Shown: positions 27,401-37,435 of the stretch, piece after piece
How the letters are laid out: every line of letters starts with the position of its first letter
Position numbering within the stretch: position 1 is the stretch's first letter
DNA from: Bilabrum cf. latius
Lineage: Eukaryota
DNA length: 64,000 nt
Reading direction: 5' to 3'
NCBI GenBank assembly: GCA_965178125.1
Contig: OZ237754.1
Span: forward strand, 620,001-684,000
Notes under the pieces: generated by a model
What the model saw: only the letters and a program-made list of their open reading frames with translations
The model's database searches: none
What the model was told of the DNA's origin: nothing
Position numbers and translations under genes: made by a program

Positions 27401-29307
27401 ACTCAGGCTGTCACCCAGGCCTGATCCCGCGATGCGAGCTGCACTGCTGCCCTGCATCTAACGCATCGACCCGCGCAAGCCCCCAGCAGCTTTCGCCTCA
27501 GATGCGGCCTGTTCGGCAAGCGACTGGCGCAGCGTTGCCGAGAGGCGCGGGGATGTAGCTCCGTCTGCACGATTGCCAGCAGGGTCCCAATCCAGCCCAC
27601 TGTCCTCATCATTGATCTCTCCTACCCCTTGCCCTTGCCCTTGCCCTTGCCCTTGCCCACCATCCACCCCGCCCCGATCCCCTGCACGCATGCCTATCCC
27701 CAGTCGGGCATGCGACCCAATTGAGACCCGCTGTGACCCCAGCGCGATCCCACCTGAGGCAGCAGCCGCCCTCCCGCCCCCTCTTTGGTCCTCATCCAGC
27801 CGTGACTGCCGTCCTGCTGCAAAGAACGATTCAGCGTGGTGGGAGCGGTCCATAGCACCAGAGGACATAGCTGACCCAGCCGGGGAAGCGGGCTCACCGC
27901 TGCCATGCAGTGCAATGCACCCAGACCGCCACACCTCTTCCAGCGTTCCCCGGCGCACCGTCCTACTGGCACGCCCGTCAGGCCCGCCACCCAGCGCAGC
28001 CTCCAGTTCTGGCAGAACGTTCGCCAGAGTTTCCGCCCGCCCCACCGCGGGAGTCCAACCCACCAATCCAGGGTGCTCTGTGATGCTCTCGAGCTAAAGG
28101 CAGTAGCACAGCTGCTGGAACTGGGGCCTGGAGCAGTACCTCTCCACTGCCTTTAGGACCATGACCATGCGGCGCACCTGCAGCACCGTGGGTGCAGCCG
28201 CTGGGCTAGGGCCAGAGGCAGGGCTAGAGGCAGGGCCAGACTGAGCTGCCGGCGTGCTGCTGGACGGCGAAGAGGCAGTTTCGCTGGGCGGTGGCTACGG
28301 CAATGTTTGCGGGGGTGGCGGTGCCGATTCAGTTGCTTGTTCGCCATCGGCCTCGTCTCGGCCAGCTCGTGCGGAGCCGGACCCTGCTGCCTGAGAGAAA
28401 TCACGCCCTTTTGGGCCATCACTATCTGCTGCAGTGCTGCCTACTGCTGTTCCTTCGACTCTTGCAATCTGCCTTGTTTGTCCTTTATGGCTGCTAGAAT
28501 CGTCAGGTGATGAATGCATGAAGCTGCTTCCACTGGCAGCTGCTAGGCTACTGGCAGGTGCATCACTTGGCGCGCTCGACCGGGCAGTATGCGCGGTGGT
28601 GCCACTACGAGCCGGCAGCGTGGGACCCTAATGAGACGGGCCCAGGCTCGCTGCCATTGTGGAAACCGCGCCATCCGCTGTCTACCAGGCCGAGTCCGTG
28701 CCTGCGTCCCCCCTGGCCGCCCCTCCGCAGTCGTTGTACAGCTCAAGAAATTGCTGGCGCAAGACCCAGTAGCGAATCTGCGCAGTGAATGAGATTATAA
28801 GAGGGTGAACTAGGTGGCATGGCAAGCCTTCTATAGCCAAGCGCGTGTCATGCCTAGCATCGGTCCATGCAGATGCGACTCACCTTGTCAGCGTTGTATG
28901 ACGACCCGAGCGGCCGGCTTAATACCGGGCCTAGCAGGGCACCTAGCCGACACCACTTTCCATCAAGAATCAGGGACCTCGCCGTTTCAAGCTCCTGTAG
29001 TCATGGAGGGCAAATGCATCTTGAAAACCCAGTGCTGGTTCGCTCGAAACTGGATTGCAGCATCCGCTGTCTAATGTTCTCACCCTAGAAGAAAATCTCC
29101 AGCAACATATCCCTGTCTCCTTCTCCAATTCTCTAGCCGACCCGTAAAAACCTTTGTCCTCCAAGAACCCCTGCGATAGTTGCAGTTCAAGATAGTGACA
29201 GCCGATGCGTGTCACCTGTTCGCAGAACGAGACTAAGATCAAGCATTCAGACTAACCATAAGAGCAAGAATCATGCTGTTACTGGTGGTACCAACAAATC
29301 TGCTCAT
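24488..29307 (-). CDS. WDR47: WD repeat protein 47 (nemitin)-like: LisH/CTLH N-terminus, long low-complexity linker, WD40 propeller
   Basis: N-terminal FLEDKGF..SARELEKETGI, RSLILDGKW, IRYWVLRQQFLEL. WD40 motifs VRAVSFDPSGTLLAVGSND, VYCTDWS, LATGSND, PHSADVR, ASSSADRTVRLW. Eight in-frame TAG (26309, 26588, 27326, 27458, 28094, 28295, 28628, 28682) and short 5' introns. Stop is TAA at 24488. Exact start uncertain. Confidence 0.8.
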
Positions 29308-29492
29308 TTTGGACAATATAACCGCATTTCCATTGCGTCGCCCCCGTTTTAATGTAACGAGCAAAATATAAATGCAGATATCTTGGGCGAGCTGCAACAG
29401 CCAAACGAACCAATAAAGGTTGCGCCTAGGTAACACATCGCTGTAATTGAGCGAAATTTACGGCTAAGGAATTGCTGTGAACCATCCTTTCG

Positions 29493-31152
29493 ATGGCTTC
29501 TGTCGGAACAGAGGGGAAGCCCAAAGAGGACGAGGGGCGCGCCTCCGAGCAGGCTCAAAGTGCCGCAATTGCAGCTGGAAGCGCCGATGCAGGGGGAAAT
29601 GACGCCGCTGCACAAGGTCAGACAGCTGACGAGTATGACCACAGCGATCCGTTGCAAATGCACCCCCGTGCTGCTTTCTGGGTTCGTGAATTGCTGCGAA
29701 AAGGGGTGAGTCTCCGCTATCAACACACAGCCAATCCCAATATGCGCTGAAATTTGGTAACTATTTGTATCAAATTTGTGTTGTTTTGAATCCTTGCAAG
29801 TTTCGCAGAGAAAGGAGCACTCGATTTAGCACAGGTATGGCATCGGTGCGGAGGATATCCTGACACTGTTGCGAGCTGAGAATTATTTGAGAGGTGATGT
29901 ACCAGAGGATGAGCATACTGTTACTTGTATGCGACTTGCGCTCATTCACGTCGTCCATGAAGTTCCGATGCGAAATCCCCGGCGGGACCGGGAGGGCAGA
30001 ATATTCATCCGCGGAGCAAGGGCAGTTGAAGCGGCAGTGTACAGATTTGAGTAGTTATACCAGGCAGACGAGGATCACGACAAGGTGGTGCAAGACAGTC
30101 TCCGCATTTGGATCGAGCGAGCTCGCGGCGTGGATCGATTCAACGCCGGAAAATTCGACCTCCCGGGATGGGACGGAAAGCACCACAATTTGCTCATCAA
30201 AGACAAGCTGAAGGAGTGGAGCGAGGAGGACAAGCCGACCAGGAACTACAAGAGGATCGGCCTCTCTGCAGAACAACTCGTTGATTTTCTCTGCGTGAGT
30301 GAATTTGCCTGTGTTTACGAGAGGACTTGTTCCATGCTCGCCCACAGGCTGCCCTAGCTCGCTGCGTAGGGCGGCTGGTACAGCCGCTGTAGGCGTGAAA
30401 GCTCGTGAACTGTTCCATGCGGCACGCTTCTTTACTCCATTTTTTCTTGAACGCTCAATGACTCGCAGACATACGGAGTGGACACGAGTCCGATGGCCAC
30501 TGACGAGGACGATTCGGGTCGGCAGCTGGCAGCCACCGTCATGGACAGAGCTATCATGCAGGCGGACGAGGTGCCCGGGGGGGAAGCAGGGGGCAAGAAG
30601 AACCTGCTGGGGCGATTGACTGACAGCGAGGGGGTGCACCGGGTGTGCGGGACAGAGGCCATAAAGCAGGTCCTGCGGGCGTTCAACACCCTTGCAGAGG
30701 AGGAGAGGCCGACGGCGCCGCAGGAGCTGTTCGAGGGCAAGGACCTTAGCGAGGGTGACGACGAGGCAGACGTGGAGGAGGAGGCGCTCATGATCAAGTT
30801 CATGAGGGAGCACTCGTCACACGGGGCGGGGCTCGTGGGCGGGGCGGCGGGAGGGGCTGCGGCCGGACCGGCGTCCGGGTCCGGTGCGGGTGCCGGGTCT
30901 GGCGGGGCCGGGGGTGGCGCTTCCGCTGGAGATGCCGCTGCTGACGGCTCCCCGAATCACGAGTGGTACTCTCCTCAGGAGGTGCGCTCGCTCAAGGAGC
31001 AGCTCGAGAAGGTACGGCGGGACGCCGAGGTGAACAAGCAGTCGGCCGTGCAGCAGACCATGGCCAAGGATGCCTTGCAGGCCAAGGTGGCCGACCTCGA
31101 GCAGCGGCTGAGGGATGCCGAGGCGCAGGGGGGGTGCTGCGTTGTGGCGTGA
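29493..31152 (+). CDS. Protein of unknown function with C-terminal coiled coil and CaaX box (GGCCVVA)
   Basis: Exons are linked by GTGAGT...CAG introns (~29706-29808 and ~30295-30468, boundaries approximate). TAG 30052 joins ORFs 29869 and 30085. Ends CCVVA-TGA. Confidence 0.6.
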
Positions 31153-31748
31153 CGGGAGCGTGTAGCCTCGTGGTGCGAATGAAATCAAGAAATTTGCGTG
31201 TCATGCCATATTTTCTGGTTTCCAATTCGCTGCTTGTTGTACCGCTGAGGGTGAAAGCGGAAGCAACCACGAAGGTCATCACCGTAGCAGCGCTTGGGAC
31301 ATTATACCCGGTATGTACTGTCACAACGTAGGAGTAGCTTAAAGGTCATCAACTAGTTCAACATTCATGATCCCGTGGATGAATGCCGTACCCAATTCTA
31401 GCGCATGCCGCCAGAGATGCTCTCGGGTGCGGAGTCGGTGGAACCGCGGCCGGCGGGGGGACCAGCTGGTACGGTGGAGGCGAGCGGGGGAGGCGTGGCG
31501 GGACCGGGGCCTAGCGTTTCGAGCGGCCTGGCAGGGCCGTCCCATCGAGCTGTTGAAGCAAATGCGTTGTTCCTCATCTGACCATAATCCGCCTCCGGCA
31601 GCTGCCGTGCCCTGGCGAGGACTCGGGGCATTATCCGGGTGCGTCGTCGAGGGGGAAGCTGAGGTCGCGCATTGCTGCATGCTTGAGAGCAGTGCTGACG
31701 GAGGTCCCACACGTGAAGGCCACGATCAGCAGCTGTCCTCATCCCCAG

Positions 31749-33293
31749 TCAGTGCAACCTGCTCATGTGCCTCTTGAGATCGCCTGCCCGCCCGAAGCGC
31801 TTGCCGCACATACTGCACTCGTGATTGCGCTCCCCAAGATGCACAGTCCTCATGTGCGTCCTGACATCGCCTGCCCGCCCGAAGCGCTTGCCGCACACAC
31901 TGCACTCGTGATTGCGCTCCCCAAGATGCACAGTCCTCATGTGCGCTGTGAGACTGCCTGCCTCTCCGAAGCGCTTGCCGCACACACTGCACTCGTGATT
32001 GCGCTCCCCAAGATGCACAGTCCTCATGTGCTTCGCGAGATCACCTGCTTGCCCGAAGCGCTTGCCGCACACACTGCACTCGTGATTGCGCTCCCCATAA
32101 TGCACAGTCCGCATGTGCGTTCTGAGATGGCTTGCCTCCCCGAAGCGCCTGCCGCACACACTGCACTCGTGATTGCGCTCCCCAAGATGCACAGTCCTCA
32201 TGTGCGCTGTGAGACTGCCTGCATGCCCGAAGCGCTTGCTGCACACACTGCACTCGTGATTGCGCTCCCCAAGATGCACAGTCCTCATGTGCCTCGTGAG
32301 ATCGCCTGCATGCCCGAAGCGCTTGCCGCACATACTGCACTCGTGATTGCGCTCCCCAAGATGCACAGTCCTCATGTGCTTTGCGAGACTGCCTGCATGC
32401 CCGAAGCGCTTGCCGCACACACTGCACTCGTGATTGCGCTCCCCAAGATGCACAGTCCTCATATGCGTATTGAGATGGCTTGCCCGCCCAAAGCGCTTGC
32501 CGCACACACTGCACTCGTGATTGCGCTCCCCATAATGCACAGTCCTCATGTGCGTCCTGAGATTGCCTGCCAATTTGAAGAGCTTGCCGCACACACTGCA
32601 CTCGTGATTGCGTTCCCCACAATGAACAGTCCTCATGTGCGTCCTGAGATGGATTGCCTGCCCGAAGCGCTTGCCGCACACACTGCACTCGTGATTGCGC
32701 TCCCCATCATGCACAGTCCTCATGTGCGTCTTGAGACTGCCTGCCACCCCGAAGCGCTTGCCGCACACACTGCACTCGTGACTGCGTTCCCCCAAGTGCA
32801 CCACAGTCACATGCCGCATCAAGTTTCTCATCGAGCTCAGCACCTTCCCACACACCTCGCACTCATGCTAGCTCGCATCTGACCCTCCCTCTCTGCGCCG
32901 TCTCTTGGAAGCGACTGCACCGCCTCTCGAACGCACTGGTTCGCCAGCTTCTCGGCCCCTGGACCGCTTCCGCCCAAGCGATGCAGATGCAGATGCAGAC
33001 TCCCGCGCGCCCACTGCTGACATGGAGCCAGACAATGCCAACACTTCCTAGCTGCTGCCAGATGCCAAAGCTCCATTCGCGCCGCTTGACTCCTTGTCGG
33101 ATGCCGGCCCGTGCTACGAAGTACGCTGACTTCTTGCCTGCCCTCGGCTACCGGCATGCACTTGGCGCAATGGACGTGTACTTGTGGCAGCATCCTAGGA
33201 CCACGAGTCATCCAAGTCGCTTTCCATGTCACTACAGCTAGAGTCGCTCACGAGATCGATCACATCGGATGCTGCAGTACTACTCTGGGCCAT
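31749..33293 (-). CDS. C2H2 zinc-finger array protein, copy 1 (13 fingers, N-terminal SIM-like DVIDLVSDS)
   Basis: 29-aa/87-bp repeat HECSVCGKRFGxAGxLxxHMRTVHxGERN. Frame is open from ATG 33293 with TAG at 33195, 33114, 33048 and 32868. Stop is TGA at 31749. Confidence 0.9.
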
Positions 33294-34042
33294 TCCCAGC
33301 AATCCCACACACCGAGCTTCAAATGCCAGACAACGCCTTTGTGCCAATGTCGGATACACCTGAGTGACACTACTTGATGCAAGCCCCGCTGGTCCCGAGG
33401 CTGCTGGAGTATCGACCTGCTCTCAGGTCTCCCGCCAAGCAGCTCAACCCACACTGGCAGCAAGTCCACGGCGCCGATCGACCCTGGTCACTACAGATCT
33501 AGCACAGACTGCTTGCGAGAAATGCAGTCGTACAGAGGCGCCACGATCCGGTAGCAAAGTGAAACCATTATATCGTATCTCATGAAAGTGCTCGTCACGT
33601 ACCGGTTCAGCAGATTTGGCGCTCACCGGAGGTCACTCAAAATTATCGGCCTGTATACATCCAGATTGGGAGAAGCAGAGAGGAAGGGCACGACGGGTTT
33701 AACAAGTGGGGGGGGAAGTAGTGGAGGAGAAGATGATTGGTGGGATCCACGCACAAAGCCATCAACCCTCCTCCGTAGCAGCCGACATCCCACAAGCCAA
33801 CGAGCCCGCACACACTGATCCCCCAACAAACGCGGAGGCAGGGCCTGCCCTCCCCGCGCCCCCGCCCTCATGGTCGCTCGCCAGCTGCCGCCACGCCATC
33901 CCCAAGATGCGGTTCGCCAGCACCGGCACCGTGGACCCCTCCCCATTGCACTGATACGCGTTGTTCCTCATCTGACCAACATCCGGCAGCACCCGCACCG
34001 TGGACCTGTACCTCGGCTCCGCGGCCCGCCGGTCCATAGAGT

Positions 34043-34338
34043 CCAAGGCCATGGGCCGCTTCACCACGTCCTAGTACCCACGGTACAGCTGCATGTCAGG
34101 CTCGCGCTCCAAGGCCATGGGCCGCTTCACCACGTCCTAGTACCCACGGTACAGCTGCATGTCAGGCTCGCGCTCCAAGGCCATGGGCCGCTTCACCACG
34201 TCCTAGTACCCACGGTACAGCTGCATGTCAGGCTCGCGCTCCAAGGCCATGGGCCGCTTCACCACGTCCTAGTACCCACGGTACAGCTTCACCACGTCCT
34301 AGTACCCACGGTACAGCTGCATGTCAGGCTCGCGCTCC
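34043..34338. repeat. 66-bp tandem repeat (~4 copies plus partial) encoding EREPDMQLYRGY(Q)DVVKRPMAL on the minus strand
   Basis: Unit ccaaggccatgggccgcttcaccacgtcctagtacccacggtacagctgcatgtcaggctcgcgct starts at 34043, 34109, 34175 and 34241. Confidence 0.9.
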
Positions 34339-34493
34339 ATCAACCCCCGCACAAAAGATGCCCGGGCTCGTCCGTCTGCCTCCGAATCACGGACAGAGCC
34401 GCCTTCACCTAAGTCGCACACACCCGCGCGCCGCCGCAGCTCGACGGTGCCCGAGGGATGTCCTCCGCGTCGATGGCATCTGGCTCCTAGACC

Positions 34494-34760
34494 GGCTTGA
34501 CGTGGTCCTTGAGCTTCTGTCTGCGTGCCCTCTCCTCGTCTCTCTACTCTGGCTTGACGTGGTCCTTGAGTTTCTGTCTGCATGCCCTCTCCTCGTCTCT
34601 CTACTCTGGCTTGACGTGGTCCTTGAGCTTCTGTCTGCGTGCCCTCTCCTCGTCTCTCTAGTCCGGCTTGACGTGGTCCTTGAGCTTCTGTCTGCGTGCC
34701 CTCTCCTCATCTCTCTAGTCCGGCTTACCGTGGTCCTTGAGCTTCTGTCTGCGTGCCCTC
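34494..34760. repeat. 57-bp tandem repeat (~5 copies), (Q)RDEERARRQKLKDHVKP(D/E) on the minus strand
   Basis: Unit ggcttgacgtggtccttgagcttctgtctgcgtgccctctcctcgtctctcta... repeats with period 57. Confidence 0.9.
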
Positions 34761-34782
34761 TCCCAATCTCTTTCTCTTCCTG

Positions 34783-35238
34783 GGCTCTCCATGGCCTCCC
34801 TCTCGGCCTCCTCACGAGCCTTGCCCAGGTCCTCCTTCAGGCTCTCCATGGCCTCCCTCTCGGCCTCCTCACCAGCCTTGCCCAGGTCCTCCTTCAGGCT
34901 CTCCATGGCCTCCCTCTCGGCCTCCTCACCAGCCTTGCCCAGGTCCTCCTTCAGGCTCTCCATGGCCTCCCTCTCGGCCTCCTCACCAGCCTTGCCCAGG
35001 TCCTCCTTCAGGCTCTCCATGGCCTCCCTCTCGGCCTCCTCACGAGCCTTGCCCAGGTCCTCCTTCAGGCTCTCCATGGCCTCCCTCTCGGCCTCCTCAC
35101 CAGCCTTGCCCAGGTCCTCCTTCAGGCTCTCCATGGCCTCCCTCTCGGCCTCCTCACGAGCCTTGCCCAGGTCCTCCTTCAGGCTCTCCATGGCCTCCCT
35201 CTCGGCCTCCTCACCAGCCTTGCCCAGGTCCTCACCAG
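34783..35238. repeat. 57-bp tandem repeat (~8 copies), EEAEREAMESLKEDLGKA(G/R) on the minus strand
   Basis: Unit ggctctccatggcctccctctcggcctcctcac(c/g)agccttgcccaggtcctccttca; near-perfect copies. Confidence 0.95.
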
Positions 35239-35813
35239 CCGCCTCCGCGCTCAGAACCCGCACCAAGATCCTCTTCGTGGACCTGCCCACCTCCATCTCC
35301 TCCTCAGAGACCCCCTTGTCTGCCAGCCGCAGGAACTTGCCGTCCGTCTCCTGCTCGGCGTACGTCACCCTCGCCCTCTTCCTGGACCCGCGGCCCATCT
35401 CGTCCCTCCTCTGCTCCTCCATGCCAGCAAGATCCAGCTGGGCGTACCACCGGCACACTCACCCGGGGCACCCCTGTCTTGCCCAGCACGGCAGCAAGGC
35501 AGCAAGCAACATCACCTGGACGGATGTCCCAGCCTTGAGTGCCATGGTGAGCCAGCATGTCCTGCTGCATGGCCACGCAGGATGAAACGCACGCACGCCG
35601 ATCTATCCACCACCACAGGATCTCACCAGACAGCTGCAATACCGAGTCATGCATAGCGTGCGGCAGCTGCCGTGCCCTGGCGAGGACTCGGGGCATTGTC
35701 CGGATGCTGGGTCGAGGGGTAAGCTGAGGTCGCGCATAGCTGCGTGCACGAGAGCAGTGCTGTCAGAGGTCCTACACGTGCAGGCCACGATCAGCAACTG
35801 TCCTCATCACCAA

Positions 35814-36992
35814 TCAGTGCAACCTGCTCATGTGCTTCTTGAGACTGCCTGCCTCCCCGAAGCGCTTGCCGCACACACTGCACTCGTGATTGCGCTCCCC
35901 ATAATGCACAGTCCTCACGTGCTTTGTGAGATCGCCTGCATGCCCGAAGCGCTTGCCGCACACACTGCACTCGTGATTGCGCTCCCCATAATGCACAGTC
36001 CTCACGTGCTTTGTGAGATCGCCTGCCACCCCGAAGCGCTTGCCGCACACACTGCACTCGTGATTGCGCTCCCCATAATGCACAGTCCTCATGTGCTTTG
36101 TGAGATCGCCAGCCTGCCCGAAGCGCTTGCCGCACACACTGCACTCGTGATTGCGCTCCCCAAGATGCACAGTCCTCATGTGCGCTGTGAGACTGCCTGC
36201 CTGCCCGAAGCGCTTGCCGCACACACTGCACTCGTGATTGCGCTCCCCAAGATGCACAGTCCTCACGTGCCTCTTGAGATGGCTTGCCTCCCCGAAGCGC
36301 TTGCCGCACACACTGCACTCGTGATTGCGCTCCCCATAATGCACAGTCCTCATGTGCTTCTTGAGATGGCCTGCCTGCCCGAAGCGCTTGCCGCACACAC
36401 TGCACTCGTGATTGCGCTCCCCATAATGAACAGTCCTCATGTGCTTCTTGAGATTGCCTGCCACTCCGAAGCGCTTGCCGCACACACTGCACTCGTGATT
36501 GCGTTCCCCCAAGTGCACCACAGTCACATGCCGCATCAAGCTTCTCATCGAGCTCAGCACCTTCCCACACACCTCGCACTCATGCTGGCTCGCGTCTGGT
36601 CCTCCCTCTCTGCGCCGTCTCTTGGAAGCAACTGCACCGCCACTCGAACGCACTGGTTCGTCAACTTCTCGGCTCCTGGACCTCTTCCGCCCAAGCGATG
36701 CAGATGCAGATGCAGATGCAGACTCTCGCGCGCCCACTGCTGACATGGAGCCAGGCAATGCCAGCACTTCCTTGCTGCCGCCAGATCCCAAAGCTCCATT
36801 CGCGCCGCTTGACTCCTCGTCGGATGCTGGGCCGTGCTGTCTTCGGCTACCGGCATGCACTTGGCGTAATGGACGTGTACTTGTGGCAGCATCCTAGGAC
36901 CACGATCCATCCAAGTCGCTTTCCATGTCACTACAGCTAGAGTCGCTCACGAGATCGATCACATCGGATGCTGCAGTACTACTCTGGGCCAT
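35814..36992 (-). CDS. C2H2 zinc-finger array protein, copy 2 (9 fingers)
   Basis: Same 87-bp repeat as copy 1. ATG 36992 (MAQSSTAASDVIDLVSDS), one TAG at 36894, stop TGA at 35814. Confidence 0.9.
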
Positions 36993-37435
36993 TCCCAGCA
37001 ATCCCACACACCGAGCTTCAAATGCCAGACTGCGCCTTTGTGCCAATGTCGGATGCACCTGAGTGACACTACTTGATGCAAGCAACGCGGGGCCCGAGGC
37101 TGCTGGAGTATCCACCTGCTCTCAGGTCTTCCGCCAAGCAGCTCAACCCACACTGGCAGCAAGTCCACGGCGCCGATCGACCCTGGCCACTACAGATCTA
37201 GCACAGACTGCTTGCAATAAACGCAGTCGTACAGAGGCGCCACGATCAGGCAGCAAAGTGAAACCACCTTGGAGTATATTTCTGTATTCTCTCACATGAA
37301 AGTGCTCGTCACTATCCGGTTCAGCAGATTTGGCGCTCACCGGAAGTCGCTCGAAATTACAGAGAAGACACCGTTTCTCGTCATCGGCCTGTGCACACAT
37401 CTAGACCGACCGGAATGTTCTCCTTCTATCAATCA

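Larger units (their letters stand above)
33762..35458 (-). pseudogene. Degenerate SNF2/BRM-type C-terminal fragment (SnAC tail plus bromodomain) inflated by tandem repeats
   Basis: MGRGSRKRARVTYAEQETDGKFLRL resembles the SnAC tail of BRG1/Snf2. LSVIRRQTDEPGHLLCGG/LMEREPDMQLYRGY(Q)DVVKRPMALDSMDRR..RYRST...DVGQMRNNAYQCNGEGSTV follows the bromodomain pattern. Frameshift in a G run near 34345; no ATPase domain. Confidence 0.6.
31596..37403. repeat. Direct segmental duplication: ~31596-33665 versus ~35661-37403 (zinc-finger gene plus both flanks)
   Basis: Shared flanks: cggcagctgccgtgccctggcgaggactcggggcatt at 31596 and 35661; cacgagatcgatcacatcggatgctgcagtactactctgggccatt near 33250 and 36950; atcggcctgt near 33646 and 37384. 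Confidence 0.9.

Noticed and set aside
31683-32882. Plus-strand repeat ORFs (PEALAAHTALVIALPKMHSPHV...), also 35649..36743
   Set aside because: Antisense of the C2H2 arrays; they are open only because the repeat unit lacks stops on that strand.
34043-35238. CRISPR-like arrays
   Set aside because: Head-to-tail tandem repeats without unique spacers, in eukaryotic DNA with no cas genes.
31300-37403. Autonomous transposon or endogenous virus
   Set aside because: No transposase, integrase, reverse transcriptase, tyrosine recombinase or capsid motifs, and no terminal repeats or target-site duplication could be identified.
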